Assembly: GCA_035289625.1 (NCBI GenBank)
Contig: DATDWP010000006.1
Span: 14,321 to 78,320 of the forward strand
Direction: 5' to 3'
DNA: 64,000 nucleotides
Source: an archaeon
Lineage (GTDB): Archaea > Iainarchaeota > Iainarchaeia > Iainarchaeales > Iainarchaeaceae
In this document: piece by piece, positions 46,095 through 55,364 of the stretch
Layout: every line of letters starts with the position of its first letter
Numbering within the stretch: position 1 is the first letter of the stretch
Made by a program: the position numbers and the translations under genes
Notes under the pieces: generated by a model
Databases searched by the model: none
What the model was told of the DNA's origin: nothing
What the model saw: only the letters and a program-made list of their open reading frames with translations

Positions 46095-46435
46095 TTACAA
46101 CCAACCTAAAACACAACTATGGGTACACCGCCCTTGTAAAAGGGAATTAATGCCTAATTTGCCAAAAAAACACTCAAAATGAGCACTTTTTGTGCATTTA
46201 TATCATAGGAATTTTACCAATGATACAGTGTACACCAATTCAACTAATACTATTAAGGAGGCTTTAAAAGGCTTGCTGCTGGCCCTTGGGGTTTTTTTCG
46301 GTTCTGCTGGGTAGCTGGTAAATGAATTGCCAAGTGGTTTTTACGCAAAATAAGGGTCGTATTGGATTTACCCTCTACATTTCAATTTTCATTTGTAGAG
46401 GGTAAGTTTTTAAATGGTTTGAACCAATTTGATGT

Positions 46436-47431
46436 ATGGTCTATATTTACAAAAAGATTGTCGGTAAAAAGCCCTATTATTATCTGCGTTCCTCGGTAAG
46501 GAAAGGTACTAGGGTAGGGGTAAAGGATGTTGCATATTTGGGAAGTTCGGTAAAAGAAGTAAGGGAATCTTTAGGCAAACTTCCCGCACTAAAAGGAAAA
46601 ATCGAGAAAGCGTATAGGACTATCAATTTATTCCTTGAATCAAACCATTTTTTAGAGCAAGTCCAGAGGGCAAAGCCAAAGACAGATATTTTTCTCGGGT
46701 TGAACCTATTGGATGTTGAGGCCTGCAGGTTGCACTATTCAACGGTTTTTGAAAATGCCGACCGGCTAACAAAGAAAGAAATTTTGAGGGATTTTCTTAT
46801 AGAGTTTGCCTTCAACAGCACTTCAATTGAAGGGAATACCATTAGCCTGAAAGAGGCAAGGGACTTGCTTGAGGATGGCCTGACGCCAAAAGGAAAAACC
46901 CTTAGGGAAATTTACGACCTACAGAATACCGAGAAAGTTTTTAACTCACTTGACCTGGCCAAAGAACTAACCAATGAGCTGATACAATCTATCCATTCCG
47001 GTTTAATGGAGAATATTGACCAAAGGGTTGGTTATCGGATAAGGGACATTATTGTCACCCGTTCGCGCTTTAAATCAAGCCCTGCCTATGCTGTAAAAAC
47101 AGACATGGATTTGCTTTTAGAATGGTTCAACAAAAACAAAGGTAAAATCCATCCTTTTGTGCTTGCAGTGGTCTTCCACCACAAATTTGAAAAAATCCAC
47201 CCATTTATGGATGGCAATGGAAGGACAGGGAGGGTGCTGGCGAATTTTATTCTGATGAAAAACAACTATCCCCCCCTTATAATCCGCAAAAAAATCAGGG
47301 CAGATTATTTGGATTCATTAAGCCAAGCGGACAATTCTCCAATAACCGCCTCTGAACCAAAAGACTATTCAAATATAGTGCACCTTGCGGCAGAAGAACT
47401 CACTAAAACATACTGGCGCATATTTTTGTAA
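46436..47431 (+). CDS. Fic/Doc (Fido) domain protein, class II (intramolecular inhibitory helix), putative AMPylase
   Basis: Fic motif HPFMDGNGRTGRVLAN. The inhibitory-helix motif [ST]xxxE[GN] is present upstream as STSIEGN. Confidence 0.75.
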   Translation: MVYIYKKIVGKKPYYYLRSSVRKGTRVGVKDVAYLGSSVKEVRESLGKLPALKGKIEKAYRTINLFLESNHFLEQVQRAKPKTDIFLGLNLLDVEACRLHYSTVFENADRLTKKEILRDFLIEFAFNSTSIEGNTISLKEARDLLEDGLTPKGKTLREIYDLQNTEKVFNSLDLAKELTNELIQSIHSGLMENIDQRVGYRIRDIIVTRSRFKSSPAYAVKTDMDLLLEWFNKNKGKIHPFVLAVVFHHKFEKIHPFMDGNGRTGRVLANFILMKNNYPPLIIRKKIRADYLDSLSQADNSPITASEPKDYSNIVHLAAEELTKTYWRIFL

Positions 47432-47512
47432 AAACCATGCAAACACGGGCACTTGTTCTGCGAGTAATTTTGTACAAGTTCTGACCAGGAAAATTTGAAT
47501 ACTCTTGTTCAA

Positions 47513-50500
47513 TTACTTGCCCTCTTGTTGCTTTCTTTTCCACTCAATTAGCTGTTGGGAAAACTCTGCCATCTTTTTCTCTAATTGTACGTTTTTAGAA
47601 GGAGTTCCAGGAACTTTTACTTTCTTTCCATTTGCAGTAAGGATTGATTCTCCAAGGTCGCTTTCAATATCTGCCTGGATTTCATACCTAAGCGATCTTG
47701 CTTCTCCCGAATTTCCCATGAATTGCTCGATCTCCTTTCCAGTTACCGCTATCCCTTTTGCAGCGCTATAGACAATGAAATTATCGAGTGTTTTGTCAGC
47801 AGCATCGCCGTACTTGCCATCCTTTACATCAGCTCCTATTGCAGGTACTTGCGTAAGCGCAGATATAAGCGCGGTTATTCCTAATGCTTTTCCTGTCCAC
47901 TTTAATGCTTGTGATGAAAACTTAACAAATCTGGAGGCATAGCTGGCGTATTTTCCTGAAGCCCTTGCAGCAATCTCTTTAATCTCATTTGCAACTTTAG
48001 TTCTTTCTCCAACCAAATAAAGTCTTGGGCTTTCAATTGTTTTGGTTATATGAGCCTGTAGTTTTGTTTGTGCCTCTTTTAGTGTTAACGCTACACTTTG
48101 ACGTGCCCTTAAATCTATACGAATGTCCTCTACTTCCTTTATAGCTGCTGCAAACTGGGTGTTACCACGCACTTGTTCATAGTTACTTGTGCTCAATCCA
48201 CTTCGTGTAAATGTTGCCAACTCTTTTTCTGCATCTGCTAAATCATTTTTCAAAAACCGGATAGACTTTTCATGTATCTCTAAATCAGTGATTAAACTAA
48301 CCATATTTCTTTCATGGAAAAGCCTCTGCTCGCCTAAAGGGAATTCATATTTGCTAAGGGGCGAAGCATAAGTAATATCTTTTTGTACTTGGCCGCCTGG
48401 TACTGTAAATCTAATTCCTTTGTTACCACGTACGTGCGCTGTTCTTTCTGCTTCCAATTCAGTGATTAATGAATCAACTATTCCCATTCTCCCGGCTTTT
48501 TCAGCTAGTTCTGATTCTATTCTTTGCACTTCAGACGGAATAATATCCCCTGCAAACATTGCAGTTGTGTTACTAGGTGATATTACCTCTTTTGTATAAA
48601 TTGTCTGAGCGCTCTGATCTTCTATAATTGTTGGCAGCTGCGCAAATATGTCCATCTTCATCTGGTAATATGAATATCCTGGGTCATAGTCAACATCCCT
48701 AAAATAGTCCTGGAAACATATGCCCTCAATTTTTTCCACATAGTTATCGCACGTTGAGTATCTTGCGCAATATTGCTCAGTTGGTTTTACCCCAACTTCA
48801 ATTGGTATTGCATAGGATGACCCGTCATCACCCTGTAGTACAAGCCCGCTGCAGAGCGTGGTTTGGGCAATCGGACGGTTTTTTTCCCCTGATCTAAAAG
48901 GTCCAAGAGTAAATGGATTATCGCCCTCCTTAAGGGTTATTTTCTGCTCATTTTTATAATCTTCATTAACTGCGCTAAGCCCAGTATGGTCCTGGCTTAT
49001 TTTTCCCTCGTGCAAGTTCACTACTCTTCCTTCACAATCATCAGTACACTTAATAGTGCCCTTTATGTAGAACTCTTCTCCTGCTTCTGGCCTTATAGGG
49101 TCTGGTAGTGCTTGCGATATTATTGCAGTATAAGATTTGGAAAGTTGCGCCGGTTGAATTATTTCAAAGGTTGAAGTAGGGCTGGTATTTTGCGTCTGTT
49201 GGTTTGGTTGGCTGCTCGGGCTTGGCGCCGGCCTGCAATCCGCTGTGCATATTTGTTCTTCACCATAATCGCATACATTATCCCCGCACACTGCTGCTGT
49301 ACTGTTTGTTTGAGTGGAGCTGGTGCCGAAGAGCGCCCCGATTATTGTATCTAAAATGTCTGAAACGATTGGAATCCTAAATCCCTGCGGCTCAATTCTC
49401 TCTGCGGGTGTGCTGTTGCTTCTTTGGATGGTTGTTTGAGGGCGGGCTATTTCTCCAGCAGTGTCTCTGTTGCTTGTCCATTTCTCGGCATAATTGTATA
49501 TTTTGATTGATAAAAGCGCATTAGGGTTATTTGGTGCAGTTTCAATACTAACCCTATACCTATCTATTCCATTACTTGTTGAATCGTATGGATAACTTTT
49601 TCCATCATATAGTTCTATTGTGTCGTTTCCTTTTGTCACTTCAACATATCCAACTCCTGTTGCTGCCCCGATAGCTAATGTATCAACAAATAAATTACTT
49701 CGAAGTGCCAAATTGCTTGCGTTGTCTTTGAATGCGTCCCTTAGATTTGTTCCTGTTGTAACTGTTTGCACATCAATTAGTTTGCCTGATTTATCATATA
49801 ATTCAAAGGTTGCTTTGTAAAAATTTGGGTCTGCTTCACTTTGCACAATTTGAACAATCTTTACTGCAATTTCTTGGCCTGCATATGAATTATCGCCAAC
49901 AAGGCCTTCAATTGTTTCGCCTTCATTATATGACTCTTTTGCTGACCGTTTTGTGAGCTTTACATACTTTGTTCCAGTTAACCGTGCATGCGCAAGCTCA
50001 TACTCTTCCCAAAAGAAATCAATTCTCACATTATCATCAGCACCATCAACAAATTCTGTTCCTCCAAGGTCAATTCCGTTTGTTCCTATAGTTGTCTTAT
50101 AATAGAAGTCTCCAGAATCTATTTTTGCAACAAGATCTTTAATATTTAAAGTTGTATCAAACTTTATATCCGCATCAGCACCAACAGATTCAATTAGAGT
50201 CATTTGCGTAGAAACATTTGCTTGGTCGCCATTGTTGACTTTTTGCTGTACCAAACTATTTTTTGGGAATGGTCTATACACTAGAACTGAAGGTTCGTCC
50301 TTTCTCTCCGGTGAACTTATCTTAACCCCGCCATCATTATCAAGGAGCCAAACTTTTGTGCCCGCGTCTGTATAGGCGGCTTTCAGATACTCTTGCTGAT
50401 TGCCAGAAGTTAAATTCCATTTTGGATGATCTGTATATTCAACATCATTTGAATATTCGCTAAGATTGGCATTAGGGAAAGGCCCCAAATTTCCCCCATT

Positions 50501-53500
50501 TGCAGTGTCAATATAAACTATAATGTTGCCATTGCTTACCTTATCTACTATATTGAAGTGTGCAACAAAGTATGCGTTTGGACTTGTGAAAACCCCTCTA
50601 TTTTGAGTAGCTGAGCTAAAGTCAGAATCTTTAGGGACATAATATCTTTCTGCAGGGTACTTGTTTCTTTCAATATACACTCCGTCATCATACGGGACAT
50701 TGGTGCCTAAAAATTCTATGCTCTTTCCAAACTGTATTTTATCTCCTTGTCCTGAACCGAACTTGTCTGCAAATAATAACAAGAATAGCTTGTCGGTTGT
50801 AGAGTTATACATCGCCGTGTAGTAGACCGGCCTTGCGGAATCATTGGTAGATAACGGGATTAATTGTTCAGCCATGCTTGTAATAACAGGTTCGTTATTT
50901 GATAACATCATTAAACCATAACTTGCATCTGTTGTGTCTCCTGCAGTGTTGTACAACTGGGTTCCTGTATCGTGGTTTAATCTTAATTCAAGTACAGTAT
51001 CAACTGAAATTATTAGTTTGTTTCCTGGCAAAATTTGTTCAATTTTTGCTCTTACATTGTCAAAAGATAAAAAAGCGCCTTCAAAGACTTGGTGCCTTTC
51101 TTTGCCATTGAATCTTATATAAGTTGTTCTGCCATCATTTTCTATTGTCCACTGATTGCCATTTATATAATCGCCATTGCTCACTAAAACATTATAATCA
51201 TTAGATATATCATTTCCACCAGTTCCTGTTCCAAACCTCATCGAATACCAGACATCTTTACCTTCAAACTCGAATACGTTTCCATAGTTGCTATCAGTGA
51301 GTTTTACGTAGAATGGTATTGTCCTAAGCGCATTTGTATCTCCCCTAAACTGCAATCCGCCTTTTGTAGCACTTGGAAGGCCTCTTACTTGGTTTCCAAT
51401 TTCTATTAATAATCTGTCTTGATTGTCTTTAAACCCGTAAAATACAGCTTCCGGATACCCTTTTCCAAATGTTCCTTCTGGTAATCCCTGCAAGAATTTT
51501 GCTTCACTCGGACCATCTTTACCTGTTAGTGACTGTGTAGAATTCCGTGGGTAAAGCGGGCCGAAGTCATACGGTTGCGTCTGAGGAGTTGTGCGCTTCT
51601 TCTTCATTACGACCGTGAATTTGAGGTTGTCGCCTTGTTTTAGTGTAAAGTTAAGTTTAGCGTCTTCATAGCCTTCTGAGTTAAATATCCAAGAATATGT
51701 CCCTAGTGTTGCTTCTGAGATTTCCCATGGGTTTCCAGCAGGCTGTCCCAAGTCAGCTTGTGTATAACAACTTAAATCAATTGGACATACTGTAACTTCA
51801 TGGATTTTGGTATTATTGAACAATTTCCCACTTTCATCCACAAACGTTATTGAATATCTTGCAGGTTTTCTGACTACAAATATGTAATATTCCCCGTCAA
51901 CACTATCGTATTGTATTGTGGTTCCTGTTTTGGTGGTTGATGGTGGGGCATCCTTTGAAGTAACAACCCAAATTGTTTCTACTTCCCGGCCAGACTCTTG
52001 AACTTCCAGAATTCCTTCAAAACCGTCTAAGAGCGTTAGCTTAATTCCCGATTTTGTGGTCGCGCTCTCGCCGTTTTTGAGCTTTATCACTTCGCCCGCT
52101 GTTTGCAGGATGCTGCCTGGCTCGGTGGTTATTGTGCCTGCTGTTCCATCGCTTTTAAGTTTTATTTGTATTGTTCTATCAGTTGTTATTGCGCCAAATA
52201 AATCTTCATTTATATTATTCAAATTTTTTGCTTCGAAAGTGATTTTTTCTGAGAAATGATTTTTTGCGCTCGCAGTTGCGGTATATGTTTGACCTGGTGA
52301 TAAGTAAAATAAAAATGAGGAAACAAGTGTTGGCAGTCCTGGTAAATATACCCTATTTGGATGTATCTCAAAAGGCAATATCACCTGATTTCTACTATCA
52401 ATTAGGCTGAGTTGTGCTTCGCTGTTATTTGATGTAAACACATCTATACTGTGCGCGACCGGTTGTCTAAACACTTCCTTGAGGTTTGTGTTTATCCCAG
52501 CTGTTTGAGTGTCAACCAGCTTACCTTGGTCGTCGTAGAGTTCGAATGTTGCGGCGTAGGTGTTTGCGGATGCTCCGCTTTGCACTATCTGTACAACCTT
52601 CACAATCATTTCCTTGCCCTCGTACCTGCCCGCGCCAATCAACCCCTCTATTTTGTCGCCTTCGTTATAGGATTCTTTGTTTCCGGTCAGGGTGTTTGAA
52701 ATTTCGACATACCCGACTCCGGTTGTTAAACCAACTGCAATTCCCCTCACAAACACGTCGGATTTGAGGACTTGGCCGGGAGTTATTTGCTCTAGGATAT
52801 TTGTTGCAATGCCTATGCATCTACCTGTTGCCGATCTTGTGAAGTCACCATCGTTGTATGAAATAGTAAAATCAGCAGTGACATGTCCACTTAAGATTGC
52901 TGGAAACTCAATAGTGGTTACTTCATTTGCTGCCATGCTTCCGGGGTTTTTTGAACTAAATCCCGTACCTTCCACAACGCTTCCATTTGATAAAGTGGCT
53001 TTGATAACAACTCCTTGCAATCCAAAACCAGTCCCGTTACTTAATGTTAATATTATTCCATTTGATCCAATTACACTCCTTCCGATAGGTATTTTTGAAA
53101 AACCAGAACAAACACTTGGGGCATTCGCACTTCCTACGCACGCGCCGTCTTTGCAGCCATTCGGACAAGTTTGGTATGTTGTTTCTATGTAACCTGAACT
53201 ATCACAATAATATTCAACAATCGAATTGCCTTCAAGGCATGCATCACGCCCGCCAGTTCTTATTCTCTTATCCTTATCATCGGCAAAGTGTGAGCGGAAA
53301 CCGAATGTATGTGCTTGCTTGTTGAGATTAATTCCCATATCAGGATCAGAGCATAACGCTTTCACTATTTGACTACTATACAAACCAAAGAAACATTTGT
53401 CTGTTTCTTGATCCCAGAAATTTGTCGGATTAGTCAGGCACCCTTTTTGGGTCATTTCCAGTCTTATTATGATATTTTCTGCAAATGGGTAAGATTTTGG

Positions 53501-54961
53501 TGTTGCCTGGAAAGTTAATTCTTCGTCGGAGTGGTTTTGTGCTGTGGCAATTGCAGTATATGTTTCGTCTTTATTCAAAGAAAATGCGTACTGTGAAAAC
53601 TCTTCATTAGTATTTGGGAATTTGTTTCTTAATTGTCTATAGGCAGATACAGTATTGCCATTGTTGTTGAGTAACTTGAACTGTGGCTCAGTATTATCTG
53701 AAGTACTCACTGTTATAACATATTCCACTGAATTGAAGCCGCCAGCTACCGTTGTCACCGTCCCAACAGTTAGTGTGCTCACTTGCCCGGTGTTGTCTGT
53801 TGCTTTTGCCGTGAGTGTGTAGGTTCCTGCGGACAGCCCTGTTAGTGTGTGGGTGTGTGGCGATGTTGTTTTGGTGCTTTTGGGTGTTCCGTTGGCTAGC
53901 ACTTCTGTTTTTGCAATTCCATCCGAATCGCTTGCTGTGAGTTCGACTACTATTGCTTCATCTGCTGTGTATGTGGTTTTTGCAAGTGCTTTTGCGCTAA
54001 GTGTGGGTGGGTTTGCCGAAGGGTTTGGTGATGTGGAAGTTGTTGGCTGGGGGCTTGTTGATGGATTGGCTATTGTTATTGTGCTGGTGTTTGAGGTTGC
54101 AGATGCCGTTTCATTGTCTGTTGCTTTTGCGCTAAAAGCATATGTTCCGCTTCCGGCACTGTTCCATGTGAATGAATATGGGTATATTGTGTCTTCGCCG
54201 ATTTTTGTTGTCCCGTTGTAGAATTCAACTTTTGAAATTGCCTTATCATCCGAAGCAGTTGCATTAATTATAATATTTGCAGGGGAAGTAGCTGAGGAAG
54301 CGGTTGTTGTAATTGAAACTGTGGGGGATTGGTTAGGGGCCGAACTTGCTGTTGGCGCGCTAGTGCACACCCCATTTGAACAGCCGTATTGGCAGGTGAT
54401 ATATGTTGTATTGAGCGAGTTGCCTATACAGTAGTAATCTACAATTGTGCTCCCTGAACAATAATCTGTATATGTATAATTGCTGCCTTGTGAAGTATAT
54501 GTAATTGTCCCCTTCACATTCTGTGTTGCGCCGCTCTCGCTGTCTGTGCATGTCGGATCCGGATACGTTGGGGCTGTGGAACTTGAGCCGCTTTGCGCAG
54601 GTGCGGAACTACACGCGCCGTTCGAGCACCCATAGGTACAAGAGTAAATATATGCCTGCGCAGTCCCATTGTAACAATAGTTTTCATACACTTGCGAAGT
54701 GCTGTAACAATAATCATAACCTGTCTGTCCGTTTGCAGTAATGCTTCCGGAAGTGTAATACGAAGCCCCTCCATCAGTTTCCGTACAGGAAGAACTATCA
54801 GAACCCGAAGGCGAAGAAGATTCAAACCTTGCAACATTTGCAAAACCGGTAACGGAAGAAAACCAATCCGCAAACGAATCAAAAATCGACCCTTGCGCAT
54901 ATGCCGGGGATGCAAATGAAAACACCAAAAGCACTGCTAGCAGCGCGAAAATCCTTCTCAT
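47513..54961 (-). CDS. giant (2482 aa) secreted surface/adhesin-like protein with C-terminal membrane anchor
   Basis: Signal peptide MRRIFALLAVLLVFSFASPAYA. It has at least three Cys-rich modules of the form C..(D/S)..V(E/D)YYC.......Y..C..GC.NG.C, beta-rich Ig-like repeats, and an internal duplication of about 100 aa (KESYNEG[DE].IEGL[IV]G...E[MI][IA]VK[VI]VQIVQS...ATFELYD..GKL[VI]D.QT, seen twice). It also has many N-x-S/T sequons and a C-terminal coiled coil followed by a hydrophobic segment (ALGITALISALTQVPAIG). Confidence 0.7.
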   Translation of the reverse strand: MRRIFALLAVLLVFSFASPAYAQGSIFDSFADWFSSVTGFANVARFESSSPSGSDSSSCTETDGGASYYTSGSITANGQTGYDYCYSTSQVYENYCYNGTAQAYIYSCTYGCSNGACSSAPAQSGSSSTAPTYPDPTCTDSESGATQNVKGTITYTSQGSNYTYTDYCSGSTIVDYYCIGNSLNTTYITCQYGCSNGVCTSAPTASSAPNQSPTVSITTTASSATSPANIIINATASDDKAISKVEFYNGTTKIGEDTIYPYSFTWNSAGSGTYAFSAKATDNETASATSNTSTITIANPSTSPQPTTSTSPNPSANPPTLSAKALAKTTYTADEAIVVELTASDSDGIAKTEVLANGTPKSTKTTSPHTHTLTGLSAGTYTLTAKATDNTGQVSTLTVGTVTTVAGGFNSVEYVITVSTSDNTEPQFKLLNNNGNTVSAYRQLRNKFPNTNEEFSQYAFSLNKDETYTAIATAQNHSDEELTFQATPKSYPFAENIIIRLEMTQKGCLTNPTNFWDQETDKCFFGLYSSQIVKALCSDPDMGINLNKQAHTFGFRSHFADDKDKRIRTGGRDACLEGNSIVEYYCDSSGYIETTYQTCPNGCKDGACVGSANAPSVCSGFSKIPIGRSVIGSNGIILTLSNGTGFGLQGVVIKATLSNGSVVEGTGFSSKNPGSMAANEVTTIEFPAILSGHVTADFTISYNDGDFTRSATGRCIGIATNILEQITPGQVLKSDVFVRGIAVGLTTGVGYVEISNTLTGNKESYNEGDKIEGLIGAGRYEGKEMIVKVVQIVQSGASANTYAATFELYDDQGKLVDTQTAGINTNLKEVFRQPVAHSIDVFTSNNSEAQLSLIDSRNQVILPFEIHPNRVYLPGLPTLVSSFLFYLSPGQTYTATASAKNHFSEKITFEAKNLNNINEDLFGAITTDRTIQIKLKSDGTAGTITTEPGSILQTAGEVIKLKNGESATTKSGIKLTLLDGFEGILEVQESGREVETIWVVTSKDAPPSTTKTGTTIQYDSVDGEYYIFVVRKPARYSITFVDESGKLFNNTKIHEVTVCPIDLSCYTQADLGQPAGNPWEISEATLGTYSWIFNSEGYEDAKLNFTLKQGDNLKFTVVMKKKRTTPQTQPYDFGPLYPRNSTQSLTGKDGPSEAKFLQGLPEGTFGKGYPEAVFYGFKDNQDRLLIEIGNQVRGLPSATKGGLQFRGDTNALRTIPFYVKLTDSNYGNVFEFEGKDVWYSMRFGTGTGGNDISNDYNVLVSNGDYINGNQWTIENDGRTTYIRFNGKERHQVFEGAFLSFDNVRAKIEQILPGNKLIISVDTVLELRLNHDTGTQLYNTAGDTTDASYGLMMLSNNEPVITSMAEQLIPLSTNDSARPVYYTAMYNSTTDKLFLLLFADKFGSGQGDKIQFGKSIEFLGTNVPYDDGVYIERNKYPAERYYVPKDSDFSSATQNRGVFTSPNAYFVAHFNIVDKVSNGNIIVYIDTANGGNLGPFPNANLSEYSNDVEYTDHPKWNLTSGNQQEYLKAAYTDAGTKVWLLDNDGGVKISSPERKDEPSVLVYRPFPKNSLVQQKVNNGDQANVSTQMTLIESVGADADIKFDTTLNIKDLVAKIDSGDFYYKTTIGTNGIDLGGTEFVDGADDNVRIDFFWEEYELAHARLTGTKYVKLTKRSAKESYNEGETIEGLVGDNSYAGQEIAVKIVQIVQSEADPNFYKATFELYDKSGKLIDVQTVTTGTNLRDAFKDNASNLALRSNLFVDTLAIGAATGVGYVEVTKGNDTIELYDGKSYPYDSTSNGIDRYRVSIETAPNNPNALLSIKIYNYAEKWTSNRDTAGEIARPQTTIQRSNSTPAERIEPQGFRIPIVSDILDTIIGALFGTSSTQTNSTAAVCGDNVCDYGEEQICTADCRPAPSPSSQPNQQTQNTSPTSTFEIIQPAQLSKSYTAIISQALPDPIRPEAGEEFYIKGTIKCTDDCEGRVVNLHEGKISQDHTGLSAVNEDYKNEQKITLKEGDNPFTLGPFRSGEKNRPIAQTTLCSGLVLQGDDGSSYAIPIEVGVKPTEQYCARYSTCDNYVEKIEGICFQDYFRDVDYDPGYSYYQMKMDIFAQLPTIIEDQSAQTIYTKEVISPSNTTAMFAGDIIPSEVQRIESELAEKAGRMGIVDSLITELEAERTAHVRGNKGIRFTVPGGQVQKDITYASPLSKYEFPLGEQRLFHERNMVSLITDLEIHEKSIRFLKNDLADAEKELATFTRSGLSTSNYEQVRGNTQFAAAIKEVEDIRIDLRARQSVALTLKEAQTKLQAHITKTIESPRLYLVGERTKVANEIKEIAARASGKYASYASRFVKFSSQALKWTGKALGITALISALTQVPAIGADVKDGKYGDAADKTLDNFIVYSAAKGIAVTGKEIEQFMGNSGEARSLRYEIQADIESDLGESILTANGKKVKVPGTPSKNVQLEKKMAEFSQQLIEWKRKQQEGK

Positions 54962-55066
54962 TGTAATTAAAAATAGCGCCCGAATATATAAACATGCGCC
55001 ACCTAAATTTGGGGGGGCTGAAGTTATTTAAGCACTTCAACGTAGGGATTATGTTGGTGAACGTAA

Positions 55067-55309
55067 ATGGTTAGCATGACACTTTCAATTGAGGATGCGA
55101 TGAGAAAGCGCATGAAAAAGCACCCCCAAATAAAATGGTCAGAGGTTGCAAGGGCGGCAATAAGGCAGCAGCTTGAAGATATTGAAAAGACCCAAAGGAT
55201 TGCTTCACGTAGCAGGCTAACCGAATCGCAGATAAATGAAATTGCGTTGCTGGTTGACAAGGAAATGCTCAGGCACTTTGAAGATCTTGGCAACAAAAGA
55301 ACTGATTGA
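55067..55309 (+). CDS. small putative DNA-binding (RHH/antitoxin-like) protein
   Basis: 80 aa, MVSMTLSIEDAMRKRMKKHPQIKWSEVARAAIRQQLEDI. It competes with an antisense 101-aa ORF on the minus strand. Confidence 0.3.
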   Translation: MVSMTLSIEDAMRKRMKKHPQIKWSEVARAAIRQQLEDIEKTQRIASRSRLTESQINEIALLVDKEMLRHFEDLGNKRTD

Positions 55310-55364
55310 AAAAATGCAAAAAAAGCCAAGTGGGTGATTTTTAGCAGGAATTTTTAAGCGAACT

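Noticed and set aside
54360-54919. Arg-rich ORFs (54514..54915 minus, 54593..54919 plus, 54360..54551 minus) inside the giant gene
   Set aside because: They are alternative-frame or antisense readings of the Ser/Thr/Gly/Cys-rich 5' region of the 2482-aa gene, and the main frame is continuous with its signal peptide.
55024-55329. 101-aa minus-strand ORF competing with the 80-aa plus-strand RHH-like ORF
   Set aside because: It is hydrophobic and low-complexity with no start context. The plus-strand ORF has a more protein-like composition. Neither is strongly supported.
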